In this document: one piece after another, positions 1-14,800 of the stretch
Numbering within the stretch: the stretch's first letter is position 1
Layout of the letters: every line of letters starts with the position of its first letter
Source of the DNA: Nageia nagi
Taxonomy: Eukaryota; Plantae; Pinophyta
Length of the DNA stretch: 64,000 nt
Direction: 5' to 3'
Assembly (NCBI GenBank): GCA_050084985.1
Contig: JBITNC010000001.1
Coordinates: 154,504,001 to 154,568,000, forward strand
Notes under the pieces: generated by a model
What the model saw: only the letters and a program-made list of their open reading frames with translations
Told to the model about the DNA's origin: nothing
Database searches by the model: none
Made by a program: the position numbers and the translations under genes

Positions 1-1839
1 CAGCCAAAGATGAGCTTAAGGGAAAGTTTGAGCCAAATTGGGTTGGACTATACCTTATTACAGAAGTATTTGGTAGAGGTGCTTACAGGTTGTCTACATT
101 GGATGGGAAGATTCTCAAGAATCCCATCAATGCTAGGCATTTGAAGAAGTATTACATCTAGGTGGCCTGTGGTTCGATGCATGCGTCTGGGTCATAGCAA
201 AGTATACTAAAGGAATGATCATACAAGCAGATGTCATGGAGCCAAATTAGAGAGTTAGTTTGAAGTCAGAAGAGGAGCACCCGTGCTCCATATCCATGAG
301 AAGTAGGCCACCTACGGTCCTATCTTTAAGGTAGAAGTGGCTAGTTTGAAGATCCTTTATGCCTCTTGGTGGAGTTCCAGCTCCCAGATTGGTTAGATTT
401 ATCAGTTTGGTTAGATTTATCAGATTATCAGTAGTTTATCATATGCCTCTTGGTAGAGTTTTAGCTCCACATTGCATGCCCCTTGGCAGAGTATTAGCTC
501 CATATCAATTACCATGCCTCTTGGCAGGGAGTCCAGCTCCCACAGAATCATCGGACTGAACCATCAATGATAGGATATGGTTGTACTCCACACAAAAAAT
601 ATATATATAATATCCAAAATGTCAAAAATATGGGTAATTGTCATCTATGACGTCTTGGTAGATGGCTATGGACCCTCGAGCTATCTTTTCTTTTTGCAGG
701 ATATCATTGGAGCCTAGCAATATCAACTAGGGGCAACATGGCGAATATCACATAAGGGGGTTTCTTAACCCATATCTCTTATCATTATGTTGTTTAGCTT
801 TCTCAAGTTTATCATAGTTCAGTATCAAAATTAGATTGATTAGTGTTGGTATTATGATTATCAATGCTTATCAATATTTGATTGGCAATGGCATCTTAAG
901 TATACTTTGAATGAAAAATCTTAATGCACCTAGTGATTTGTGCTTTATCATTCAAAGTGGGGCATCTGTTAACACATAAAATTTGATTTATGTATTTGTT
1001 AATACATTATAAAATAGTTGCCTGCACTTATAATCAGTTATTAATGTTATCTTAGATTTCATTAATATATATCATTATTTACTATGTTTCTCTTGCTTAT
1101 GTAGGTACATGCCGACTTAAGGAGTGTGTCATATTATCTACTACCTATATAAATAAGGGATCCCATAGTAAGTCCATCATCAAGGATACACATGATCCCA
1201 TGTATGGTCTTGATAATGGCAATCATATTGTAAGGTGTCTCTTGACATCACCTGTCAAGCTTGATTTTGTGTATCCCCTTCTTGCGATCATTCTGAAGAA
1301 CTGAGAGACCTATCTGATAATCATACTACGATCATCTTGAGATTTTAGTGGGGGTGTAGACTCATTAGAGATGGATCATAGCCTATCAAAGGTCACTGGT
1401 GCTCCTCTATGGACAAATATAGACTGTTGGTATTCCTATCTAGTGTGATGAACACCACCCACGGCCTTCTTCTGTGACTTTTTAGCTTCATGATTTCAGG
1501 TGTGGACAATGTTGGATCCCAGGATTTCGTCATCGGCTTCGTTTCGAACATGCTCTGTGAAGTGGGTATATAACTTCAATATTGATAGGTGGTGCTATTT
1601 TATGCCTATTTTATCATACATATATTTTGCATTTACTTGTTACATATTTATCAATGAACTTGAATTTATCAAGCAAATTTTGAGTTTTATCAATTTGTCA
1701 AAATACTTGTTGTTATCTTTCATTATTCTATGCATAAATTGCTATCCGTAGCTCGAGTTACAAGTACATTCGAGTGTGTGAATGTTTTCCTTTATTAATC
1801 ATTTATTTGCATGCTTGAAAATTTTTTTACTTGTAAACA
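1..1839 (+). mobile_element. 3' end of a Gypsy (Tat/Athila-like) LTR retrotransposon: integrase C-terminus, 3' UTR, PPT, 3' LTR 967-1839
   Basis: 3-161 reads KGKFEPNWVGLYLITEVFGRGAYRLSTLDGKILKNPINARHLKKYYI*; PPT AAGTGGGGCATC at ~955-966; LTR TGTTAAC...GTAAACA aligns with the reverse complement of 2565-3369. Confidence 0.85.
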
Positions 1840-3369
1840 TACCTCTTTTTCTATGAGCTTTGTTTTGATTTGTTGCCATGTCTTCTTGAATCATACAACA
1901 AATTTTTCAATATTTTCATTACTGCCTTGCCTCATAGCACATAGATCCAACACCATGACTTAATGCTTGATATTATGTTTATATTATTTTAGAAATAAGT
2001 TGATCAATTCTTGAAATGAGGCAACTCACCTTTTAGGTAGAGAATAGAACCATTCACAAGCCTCTCCATCCAAACTATGAGGAAAGAATTTTACTTGTAA
2101 TATTTAATCCACATTGATTTTGAGCTCACATTCATCTTTAAATCCTTACAAATGTCTCCTGGGATCCCCCTCCCTACTAAACTTACAAAACTTGAGATCT
2201 TTATAATTTGGTGGTGGCATGCATAAATGAATCTCATCACATAGAGGGCTACCAAACTCATTTGAATTATCTAGCTAAATTGAACCTCTTATTAGTTGAT
2301 TAATCTATCTTTGCATACCCTCAATAGTATCCTGAATGTTATCATTGTTACTTCCATCATCATGGTTGGCTCCTTCATTAGATGCTTTTGGTCCATCATG
2401 CTGAATATCTCCCAAGAGCTCATCAAGATCTCTTCTTAAAGGACTTTGCAAGAATACTCTTAACTGATCCATGTCTAAAATAACTCACAAAATCACTTAT
2501 TAATCCTAACTAAAACCCTAGGGTTTTAGCATAACTACTTATGATTCACGTTGGGTTTACCAAATGTTTATAAATAAAAGTTGTATTTAAGAATGCAAAT
2601 AAATGAATATATACAGTCCCAAAAGATACATATATCTATTTGTAAATTCTGAGTTAATGGATAATAATTTATAATAAGACAAGCTGATATAGAAGATAAT
2701 GAATAACTAGAATTGAAACGACATTACCAAACAAGATTGAGTTTGTGTACTTACCTCATGGAACATACCTGATATGGATGAATGAAAGATGGTGATAAAG
2801 CCTCAATAACTAATGAAGTTTGCACCCAAATTCATGGAGCAAGATGATCCAAAAAGAGAGTCACAAGCAATCTATTTTGAGCTTCGAAGGAGCATTGGTG
2901 GTTTGCTTTCATCTACAGAGGAGTATTGATAGTATTTGTTAGACTATAGTCCATTTTGAACTAATTCTATGCCTCCACACATACTCTTGATGGTCTCAAT
3001 TTGATATTCAGATAAGCTTATAATTATCAGGATGCTTGCATAAGGAAGTACACAAACTTAGCCTTGAATGGTAGTGTCAAGAGACACCTAAAAGATTGCC
3101 ATCATCAAGACTAGATATGGGATCATGTATCTCCTTGATGTGGACTTACTATTAGATCCTTATTTATAATATGACCTACTCCTTAGGTCAGCATGTGTAC
3201 CTACATAAATAGGGTTAGTCCACAATACATAACAATATTCAAGACAATTATTGATATTATGATTATATTCAAGATAAACATTGATATCACTAAATTAAAT
3301 ATTCTAGGTGTGTATTAGTGCAACCAAATATATTTATTTAAATGCATAAATAAATTTTATGCGATAACA
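1840..3369 (-). mobile_element. 5' part of a related Tat-like Gypsy element: 5' LTR 2565-3369, PBS, degenerate gag
   Basis: LTR TGTTATCGC...ATAAACA followed by PBS TGGTAAACCCAACGTG (2563-2548); gag remnants (GRGDP.., WFYSLP) at ~2030-2175. Confidence 0.78.
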
Positions 3370-6300
3370 AATATAAATTCAAAATGAATCACAAGCTTCT
3401 TCAAAGGGGCTACCTCCTATTTCTCTCTAAACAATATAATTTTCAAGATGCTTACAAATGACTTTACCATAAGTATTTATAATCCATCTACCCTAACCCT
3501 AATTTAGCCTCTCCATACAAAATGGTGCTTCACCTTACAAATATGTTGGCCCTTAATATTTAACAAAAGCCTAAAGTTTAATTAAATAAGCCACTATAGC
3601 CTAATTAAATGTTAGGATGTAGGATCCTAACATGCCATCCCCCTTAGGAACAACTTTATCTTCAAAGCTAAAAATTAGGGAATTACTATTGCAGCTAGTG
3701 GAGAGTCTACCATGTTGCATCTTTAGGAGGTAAGTCATGCCATTGGATTAGAAATTCATTAATCATGCAATTGTAGAGCTAGCATGTGCGATGATCTAGG
3801 AAGTTCTTAGGTTCAACCAGGATTGAGCCTTAGTGAATTTTGGTAATTCAATTTGAATGATGGTTTGGAAGCCCAATAATTGCTTCAAGCATGAGACATG
3901 AAAAATAGGGTGAATATTTGATGATGGCAAAAGTGCCAACTTGTATGCTACAAGGCCAATACATTGGAGTATCTTATCACCTTCTTGGAATTTTTACTAG
4001 ATACTCTAATATCACCTTCAACCTTATAATATACTTCAACATCTAGTGATATGGTTGAAGCCTTAAGAAAACCATATCACTTTCTTGGAATTTTTGCTAG
4101 ATCTACTATTGATTAGCTTGCTATTTCATCCAGTTTTGAGCCATTTTAATATTTTCCTAAAGGATGTAAACTCTCTCCTCGATTGGACAAGGTGATGTTG
4201 ACTGTTTGAACTAGGGTGCTTCTTGAGATATAGATATGAATGTGGGAAAGGGTTAACAATACAGGGATTCAAATGGAGTCATATTTATGGATGTGTGATA
4301 AGAAGTGTTACACCACCATTTGACTAAGGGAATCCATTTGACCCAATGGAATGGTTGGGTGGATGTAAAGTAATAAAGATATATTTCCAAGAATTTATTG
4401 ACAATCTATGTCTAACCATTTATTTAAGGGTGATATGTTGAGGTCATATTGATTTCAGTGCCCTAAAGATTGAAGAAATCTACCAAACTTTTTTGGTAAA
4501 TTTTGGTTCCCAATCACTAACAATGGTAGCATGCATACCATGGAGTTTGAAGATGTTATCAAGAAATGATTACATTATATTCATAGCTTTATGGGGATGT
4601 GCCAATGGACAAAAATACACATATTTAGAGATTCAATCCACCACTACCAAGATAAATACTTTACCATAGGATTTGGGAAGGCCTTCAATGAAATCCATGG
4701 AAATATCTATCCAAGTGCTCTTTAGGATGGGTAAAGGCTGAAGTAGTCTTGGGATCCCCACTATCTTGCCTTTTTGATGCTTACAAACATCACATTTTGA
4801 TACAAATTTCTTAATATCTTATTTCATAATTGGCTAATAGAAGGAAAGAAGCATAATCAATAGGTTTTCAAAAATCCAAAGTGTCTAGTTGTTGGTGTCA
4901 CTTGTTACTCCTAGAGTATCTATTCTTGACATGTAGAATTTATAGGCAAGGAAACATGACCTTTGAATCTTAGAATTACATCAACCCAAGAAAAGAGGGG
5001 ATTACTAGTTGGGTCAGTTTGCAACTATTGGATTATTATTTGTGAGACACTATCTTGAATCCATTCTTGTTTGACATGATCAAGCCATTGAGTAACAAGG
5101 GAGGAAAGAGCGTACAATGCCATGGGTTCTTCGAATTTATGAGATAGGGAATCGAACACCACATTCTCACTACCTTTTATGTACATAATTTCATAGTCAT
5201 ATCCCAAAAGTTTCAAAATCCATTTTTATTTTTTGAGGGTGGAGATGCATTATTCCAAGAAGCATTTCAAGATGTGATGATCTATTCAAATTATGAAATG
5301 ATGACTGATGAGGTAGAGCCTCCAATGTTGAATGATATGGATGATTGTCAACATTCCTTTTTCATAAGTAGATTTGACTAGATTCCACCTTGAAAGAGCC
5401 TTTCTTGTAAATGCTAAGGGTAATCCTTCCTACATCAATACAACTCAAAGTCCTACCATTAAGGTGTCACTTTCAATGATGAAAGTTTTAGAGAAGTATG
5501 GCATAGCCAGTACTAGGGTTGAGCACATGGTGGCCTTCAATTGATGAAAGGGTTCTTTGGTAGTTGCTAACCAAATGAAAGCATTCTTTTTCAATAGAAC
5601 GATAAGGGGAGCTACAATTTTATCATAATCCTTCACAAATTTATGATAATATCCTATTAATCCTAGAAAATCTTGTAGACCTTTCAATGATTTGGGTAGG
5701 GCCCAAGTATTCATATCCTTAATCTTGATGGGGTCCACCTTAACACCTTCCTCTAAGATGATATGTCCAAGGTACTTAAGCTCTTGATGACCAAAAGAAC
5801 ATTTAGAGCACTTAGTATATAATTAGTTGTCCTAGAGAAGTTGTAGTGTTTGGTCTAGGTGGGCCAAGTGGTCCTCCGAATTTTTTCTATAGATCAAAAT
5901 ATTATCAAAGAAAACTAAAACAAATTTGTGAAGAAGAGGGAAGAATACATGGTTCATCAAACTTTGAAATGTAGATGGTGCATTGATCAAGCCAAATGGC
6001 ATTACAAAGAACTCATAATGGCCTTCATGAGTGTGGGAAACTATTTTAAGAATGTGCTCTTCATGTAATCAAATTAGATGATATCCTGATTGAAGGTCTA
6101 ATTTGGAGAAGCATTTTGCACCATGGAGTTCATTTAGCAATTCATCTATGACAGGGATGGGAAGCTTGTACTTAATAGCAATTTTGTCTAAGGCTCATAA
6201 ATTGATGCACATTCACCAAGATCCATATTTATTTTACAACACTAGAACCAAAGAGGAGTAGGGACTCACGTTGGGACAAATGATTTAGGCTTGAAACATA

Positions 6301-8856
6301 TCATTGACCAACTTTTCTATTTCATCCTTCTACAATTAAGGATAACAGTATGACTAAATGTTGGGTGGTTGACTTCTTGGAATCAATTGAATTGCATGGT
6401 CATGAGGGTAGTTGGGGGGAAATTCATTAGGTTCTTCAAAAATATTGGCATGTGGAGTGAGCACTTGTTATAGCTCTTGTACTTTAGGTAATTCTTGTAT
6501 GGTTGGTTGGAGTGCAAAGAGTTGTCCCACAACTCCTTTAGCTTCTTTCTTCAATAATTTCTCCATAGGATGAGAACTAATTATTTTGGACTATCCTACT
6601 TGAATTCCTTTGAGAATGTATTTATGGTCATCAACCTTAAATTGCATCTAAAGCTCTCAAAAATCCCAAAGAATGGTGCCTAATGTCATCAACCATTATA
6701 TATCAAGGACTATATCACACCCACCAAATGGTAAAATATACATGTCACTTTGCATATTGTAATCCCCCATACTGAGTTTGATATTTTAACACCATCCTTT
6801 GCAAGCAATTTTGCCTCCATTACTTATCATAACCTCAAAAATATTTTTTGGGTAGATGTAGGCGTGGCTCTTTTTGGCCACATTAGGATGAACAAAATAA
6901 TGAGTGCTACCTAAATCCAACAATATTATCAATCTTTGGCCCTTAAAATATCCCTTAACTTTCATATTTTGTGGAGAATTAAACCTGTAGAGTGCATTAT
7001 GATATATTTCAAGAATATTTTCATTGGGTTATTCTTCCTCATCTTCAACCTCTACCATTGCATCCTCAAAAGCATCATTAAAGGGTTCCTTAGGATCTTG
7101 CACATCCAAAACACATATAGTTTCTAGGTAGTACAATGATGATCTAATGCAAATTTCTCATCACAATTATAGCAAATTCCTTTCTTCTTCTATTCCTCCA
7201 TCTCAACATGTGTGAATCTCTTAATAAAAAATGAATGTACCAACTTTGAGCCACCTTGAGAAGGTTGTGATTTACAAGTAGAGTGCTTGGTATATTATCA
7301 TTGTGCATTGGCTCTATCCTCTACTAACTTGGCAAGTCCTATTTCCACTATCATGGTCTCTAGTTTAAACATTTTCACTTCTGCTTTAATGCTCACCTTC
7401 AATCCACTAATGAAATAATTGATAAAAAATACATCATCGAGTCCTTATGTGCGATTGGTTAATTTCTCAAATTCTATTTAATATTCTCTAACTGTAGTTG
7501 TTTGGCACAATTTGATGAGCACACTAATGAAATCTTTAAATCACTTGGGTCAAATATAATAAGGAGGTATTTGGTAAAGGCCCCAAGGATGGGGTTCCAT
7601 TTGCTTTTTGGGCCCATTAGTACCATTGAATAGCTTTACATTCAATATTAAATGAGGTTAGATTGATTTTTTGATCATCAAGAATTTGATTTAGAGAAAA
7701 ATATTGCTTAGCCCAATACACCCAACTGGTAGCATCATCACCATTAAATCTTGGGAAGTCTAGTTTAATTATTCATGGAAGAATGCAGGTTGGTTATCAT
7801 CCATATGACTTATTGAACCCTTTCCCAGTGTAGGGTTTAGATCTACATGTATAATTTTGTTCAATATCTTGAACCTTTTGTTCCATCTCAATATAGCCTT
7901 TATGTATTGTTTGTATTGTACTATGTATCTCTAGTAGAGAATGGGGTCCCACTTGTGTTGCTAGAGTTTCTAATTGCTTCCAAGTCTTATCTATATCTAA
8001 GGATCTTTAACTATCTACCATCTTGCTATTTCAAGAACTTCTATTTTTAGAAACTAAAAAAGTGTATGGGTGCTATATATCAAAATGATCAGCACAAAAA
8101 AATAATCATAATAGGATAGGTCCCAATATGATGACTTTTAGAAATTGAAAAAGTGTATAGATGTTATATGTCAAAACAATCAGTACAAAAAATAATCACA
8201 ATGGGATATGTCCCAAAATGATATTTTTTGGGCTTCAAGTCACTCCAACCTTTTGGGATTCAAGTCACTCCAACATTTCAAGCTCAGTCACACTAACCTT
8301 TCAGGTTACAAGTCACTCCAACCTTTTAGGTTCAACTCACTTTGATTTTTGAGTTTCCATTCACTCTAATCTTTTGGGTTTAAGTTGCTCCAATATCCTT
8401 AAGTTTCAAGTTGTTCCAATCTCCTCAAGTTTCAATTCACTTTGACCTTTCCCACAAATGCCAAAATCGATGCTTTGATACTAGATGTTAGGAACTTGGA
8501 AGTTCCAAGAAGATATTCACATAGAATATAGAAAGTTCAAACTTTAATAAGCATTCAATCTCACAATGGAATAGAATAACAACATATTGATATAATATAA
8601 ATCCAAAATGAATCGTGGGCCTCTTCAAGGAGGCTACCTCATATTCCTCTCTAAATAATATATTTTTCAAGATGCTTACAAATGACTTCACCAGAAGTAT
8701 TTATAATCTACCTACCCTAACCCTAATTTAGCTACTCCATACAAAATAGCGGTTCACCTGTCAAATATGTTGGCCCTTAATATTTAAAAAAAGCCTATAG
8801 TCTAATTACATAAACTACTATAGCCTACGTAATTGTTAGGATGTAGGATCCTAACA
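3370..8856 (-). mobile_element. Degenerate chromoviral Gypsy (Reina-like); 5' LTR 8486-8856, 3' LTR remnant 3370-3632
   Basis: Matching LTRs starting TGTTAGGATCC; Met-type PBS TAGTATCAAAGC; PPT AAGGGGGATGGCA; protease LDLGSTH, RT, RNase H (ORFs 5445-5738, 5025-5216), integrase, chromodomain FLIQWHDLPPKDATW; many stops. Confidence 0.9.
8046..8450. repeat. ~91-bp duplication plus a degenerate ~24-bp tandem array (CAAGTCACTCCAAC core) in the 5' UTR of the Reina-like element
   Basis: 8046-8136 resembles 8137-8225; about 9 degenerate units in 8233-8450. Confidence 0.7.
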
Positions 8857-11800
8857 TAAATATATGAGGAGACATTGGAGACTATAGAGAGGTTGTAGAA
8901 GATATCATGAAGTTAATAGTAGGATATATTTATTATAGAATTTGTATATATCTTCTTAAAATATTGAGCTTGTATTTCTCTTTTGACCTAATCTAAGATC
9001 AAACAAGTTGGACTAGCCCAAATTAGGTAAACTAGGGTAAAACTTTGTTTCTTTATGTTATGGATGTGATTTACATGCATTTATTATTGATATCTGTATA
9101 TTATTTAGTAATATTGATATTTTTAATCATAAGGGCATATTAAAAAGGTATAAAAGGTTAAGATAATAAATCTATATTTTATAATCTCAAATATTATAGC
9201 TTACAAATATTTACATATCACATGGTATTAGAGATGAATTAACAAGTTATTTATTAAGGGCTTGTGAATGCAGGTAGAAGATCTCAAAGATTTAAGTTAT
9301 AAGTTTTGACAAATATGTATATTATAAGGATAAATAAAATGACAAATTCCATGGAGATATTGGATGAATATCAAGCTTATATTTCAAAGTCCAAGATAGA
9401 ATTCTAGAGAAGATTTCCTACAATGGAAAAGAACATGATTTGACTTATGGATATGATGCAAATATAGTATGTAGGGGAAGAGGAAACAAGAAACCTAAGG
9501 AATAAATAAATAAAACTAAATCCAACCAATCTTCAACTTCATCATTTCCCATAGTACCTTTCAAGGTGGAGGTAAAAGTGGAAATTCTAGACTTTAGTGG
9601 AAAAGTTGATGCAAATAAGTTGAACTAATGGTTAAAGCAATTAGAGGTATATTTTAAAATTCAAGGTGTTGTTGAGGATGTTTAGAAAGTTCCTTTTGCA
9701 AGACTTAAAATGAGTGGTTATTCTTTGATTTTATGGGAAATCCATGTAGAATCCCTTCAACATAAAAATCAACCACTATTTATTCTTGGGATGAATTTAA
9801 GAACTTAGAGATTAGTTCTATCCTTTGGATCATCATAACAAATAATTGATTAAATGGAAATTATTATAAAATAAAAAGGATAATTTGTTCAAGAATACAC
9901 TACAAAATTTAGGAAACAAGCTACTTTACTTAGGATTCCTCTTAAATATCCTTTAGTGTTGATGAAATACATAAGATGATTATATAGTCATGTGCAAAAG
10001 ACTATACTATTATTTAATCTTACTAATCTTGATCAAGTGAGTGTATAGGCTCAATATTTGGAATAGGATGGGAAACAAAAATAGTTGTGTGAGAACTTTA
10101 GGTATAATAAAAATAAAAAGGGTCAATAAGAAAAATAAAAATCTTAAGAAAAGGGCAATAGTAAGAAGAAATAGAAAAAGACTACTAATACTACATATAA
10201 TAAACTTGATAAAGATCATTGTTCACATTGTGGAATAGATGGTCATATTGAAGAGAAATGTTAGAAAGTACATCTGGAATTAAATAAGTGAAAATAAAAG
10301 AAATAGGAAAACAAGAATTCAATGGTCAAGAAATGTGAAGAAATTTAAAAAAAAATGATTTGGATAAAGGGTTGAATTGCGCAATAGTCCAAACAATTGG
10401 AGATTCAAAGATTATTAAAGAGAAAAAGGTGCTACTTTTCCATCCCAAAATCCAATCAAACAAAACTAGAATTAATTCAATTATTAATCCTGGTTCTCAA
10501 TCTAACTTGATTGTAGAAATTTTAGTGGCTAAATTGGGGCTGAAGATATATGATCATCCTAATCCATATACCCTTTGGGATGGTTTCACAATGATGCAAA
10601 GTTGCAAGTTGTGAAATAGTGTAAGTTGAAATTTTCTATTAATTCAAGGTTTAGCAATGAAGTGATAATTAATATAGTACCTTTAGATATATATGGTGTA
10701 GTATTTTGGAATCCTTATTTATGGGATAGAGATGCTATTTATTTCAAGAGAGAAAATAAGTATAGGTTAATTAAATATGGTGTTAATTTTAAGGTTTGTT
10801 CTCATAAGAGTAAGAAAAGATGACTTTGGTTACAACTAGTCAAGTCAAACACCTGATAAATGTTAGTAAGAAGATTGTACTTATTGTTCTTCAAGCTTTT
10901 AATAAATGAGGATAGAAATAGATGATCATCATGGCATGCATGATAATATTAGTGTTGCAAGTAAATCCAAGGATGGGAAGATAGTTAGAACAAGTGTAGG
11001 CTCTTATGTAAGAGTTTCATGAAGGGTTTGCTAAACCAAAGGGATTTCCACATAATCAAGATATTCAACATGAGATTCAGTTGTTACCTAATGTATATCT
11101 ATTAAATATCAATTTGTATTGTTAATTAATTTTGGAGTATAAGAAGATTAAAATGCAAGTTCAAGAACTTTTGGATTAGATTGTGATTAGACCAAGCACA
11201 TCACCCTATGGATCACCTATTATGTTGGTTCGAAATAAGGATGGATAATTTGTATTGTTAATCAATTTTGGCATATAAGAATATTAAAATGCAAGTTCAA
11301 GAACTTTTGTATTAGGGTGTGATTAGACCAAGCACATCACCCTATGGATCACCTATTATGTTGGTTCTAAATAAGGATGGATCATGGATAATTTGTATTA
11401 ATTACCAAGCACTAAACTAAGTCATTATCCTTTTGCCTCAGATACATGATCTATTGGATTAGTTACAATGGGAAAACCATTTTGCTAATTTGGAAATGAG
11501 GATTGGTTATCATTGGATGAGAATCAAGGAAGAATGTATTTGGAAGACAACCTTCAAGATATGATAAGGTTTGTTTGACTTGTTTTACTTTTTGTTTTGT
11601 GTAATACACCAACCATATTTATCAAGGTAATGAATGATGTTCTTCATCCCTTTATTGATTCACTTTTTGTTATTTATCTTGATCATATATTTATTTATAG
11701 TCTAACATGGGAAGGAAATTCATTACATCTTAGACAAGTTCTTCAAACCATACAAAAAGAGAAATTTCTCATCAAAATGAGTAAGTGTAACTTTAGTAAG

Positions 11801-14800
11801 CAGAATTTGGTATACTTAGGCCATATTGTTGGTGGTGAATAGATTAGAATAGATCATGAAAAGTTAAAGCAATTGTGGAATGGATAATACTAACTAATGT
11901 TATCGAAACCATGAATTTTCTAGGTGTTGTTCAATATTTAAGAAAATTTATTATTGATTTCTCCAATTTTTCTTCACCATTACATGATGTTATAGGTAAA
12001 AGGAAAAAAATTCCAATGGGGAATAGACTAGTAGAGTGCATTTGATTTATCGAAGAAAAAGATCAACAATACTCTAGTTTTGGTACTCCCAAACTTACAA
12101 CAACCTTTCAAGATTTAGACTGATGCTAGTGACTATGCTATGGGAGTTGTTTTAATGCAAGGAAGGAGGCCAATTTGTTATTATTTTAAGAATTTTAGTG
12201 GAGAAGTTTTGAACTATCCAACATATGAAAAAGAATTTTATGCATTGGTACAAGTGATGAAGAAATAAAAGTATTATTTAATGGGTAGGAAAACTATAAT
12301 TCATATTGATCATCAACCACTACAGTATTTACAAACTCAAATGAAATTGCAACAAATAAGGCACTTCATATGGATGGATTTATTCCAATAATTTCATCTC
12401 ATTATCTTGTTATCAAATATAAGAACGGAACTACAAATAAACTTGCAAATAAGTTATCTAGACCACCTATTCCATAAGCACCAACACTACTTGTAGTGTC
12501 AACATTGGGATGTAGAGGTGATATAACTTTCATTTTAGTAATGGAAATGCATCCTTTCATTCATGAAGCATTTAAGAGAGTTCATCTTATAGATTATGAT
12601 TTTGGAAACATTTATAAGAAGCTAACAAAAACATCTAGATCATATTGTGAAGGTATTGATGTATATCATCTCATAGATGGAATTATTTATAAATTGAATT
12701 TGTTATGTGTTCTTGAAAATGAAAGAGTTCAATTTATTAGAGAGGCATACTCTTCTAAAATTGTTGATAATTTTGGTGTGAGAAAGAAAGTATCAAATTT
12801 GCAAATATATATTCATTAGTCTAAGATGAAAGATCATGTTACAAAATATGTACAAGGGTATATAATGTGTTATACCAATAAGCCTAGTAATAATAAGTTG
12901 AAATGTTATATGCCACTTCCATTTCCAAACTGACCTTGGAAAAGTATCTTTATGGATTTTTTTGGGGGATTTCCTATGTCTAAAAGGGGATATGATTATT
13001 TATTCAAAGTTCTTGATAAGTTTAGAAAGATGAATATCTTAATACCATGCAAGAATAGTATTACTAATCAATAAGATACAAATATTTTCTTTTCTTAGTA
13101 TGGGTTCATTTTGGTTTGTGTAATTTGATTACTTTTGATAGAGATTCCAAGTTTTTGGGAAAATTTTGGACTTATTTATGGAACAATATGGACACAAGAA
13201 TAAAAAGGAGTATCTTTTTTCACCCTCATACTGGTGGTCAAACAAAAGTGGTGAAAAGAATAGTATTTCAGTTATTGAAAGGATATTATGGCAAACATGT
13301 TAGTAATTAGGATGAACATCTTATTTACAAACAACACTCTTACAATAAGGTAATTCATACTTCCATTAGTAAAAATCCTTTTAATTTTTTTTTTTGGATA
13401 TATTCCTCTATTTTCTTTTGATTATATGTTTTAATAACAAAAGGATAAAAAAGTTTCTGTTCTGAAAGAACAAAAATGGGCTAAATTATTCAATGATAAA
13501 TTTAGGAAAATTCATTTGAAAGTTCAAGATTAACTTAAGGCAATCTAGTACAAGTACAATATGAGACATGAAAAACATAGAGTTGATTATAATTTTTAGG
13601 TGGGAGATAGATTTTGATTACATCTTAGTAAAGAGAAGTTGTAAGGAGCAACCAAGAAGTTGATTTACTTGTAAGGTATGGGCCATTTGACATCGTAGAA
13701 CAAGTGAGTGAGACTACTTTTAAGTTGAATATACCTACATAGGTGAATATTTATTCAATTGTGAATGTGGATAACTTGACATTATTTGAGCCATCTATGT
13801 TGACTAAAGAAGAGGAGTTAGAAGGTTATGTTTTACCATCGATTAATGATCTCCCTCCATCAACTATGAATGAACTTGGAGAAGACATAATTTTGCAAAA
13901 GAAGGTTCATGCTACAAGGAGAGGAAAATAGGATTTTTAGTTGATTGGATTGAAAGGAAAGAAACCCAACATAGCCAAATGGTATGATAAAAATAGATTT
14001 GGGGAATTATTTTCTCATCTTTTTCAAAAGTAAATCTTTTGGGGATAAAAAGTCTCATCATTGGGGAGGTGTGATCAAGCTTGATTTGAAGCTCATATTC
14101 TTAAGTTGACATATTACCAAAGGTCTTCATGTCTATATTTGAGGTTGTACCTTTGAATTTGTAGAATTTTGTGCATTATAGTATAGCACTAGTGCTACAT
14201 GCAATGCTAACATTACCAACATTAAGCTCCATGCATGATCTTTTGAAGAGATTATTGGAGATCAAAGTTTTGGTGTCATATACATTCAAGTATGTTATGG
14301 AGGTATGCTGACGTGATGAGAATCATGAAATGGTATTTGTATGATCCATTTCTTGATAAGAAAAGTATGTCATTTCAGCTACCCGACCATGTCATCCAAT
14401 GTCAATGTTGAGAGGAAAGAGTGGTTGCAAGGAAAGTTCAAGTGGTTTGAGTAATTTCCTAATTTTTTGGGAAGTTAGGGAAGTCATTTATCTTATAGGA
14501 GATGTTGTTTTTTCCTATAAAATACTCCTATATATATTTAGAGGGGTTAGATGAGTTTGGTTGATGTTGTAATCAGTTGTGTGATTCTTTCCAATTGTAA
14601 ATTTATGACAAGAATCCATTAGAGACTATAGAGGTTGTAGACAATAAATAATAGGAGATACTTGTTGTAGAATTTGTATAGATATTATTAATACTATTGA
14701 ACCTATATTTCTCTTATGATTCAAGACATTAATCAAAGATCAAACAAGCTGGACTGACCCACATTAGGTGAGCTAGGGTAAAACTTTTTATCTTTTTGTT

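Noticed and set aside
3491-3502. CCCTAACCCTAA telomere-like motif (also 8715-8726)
   Set aside because: Only two units and part of the paired LTRs.
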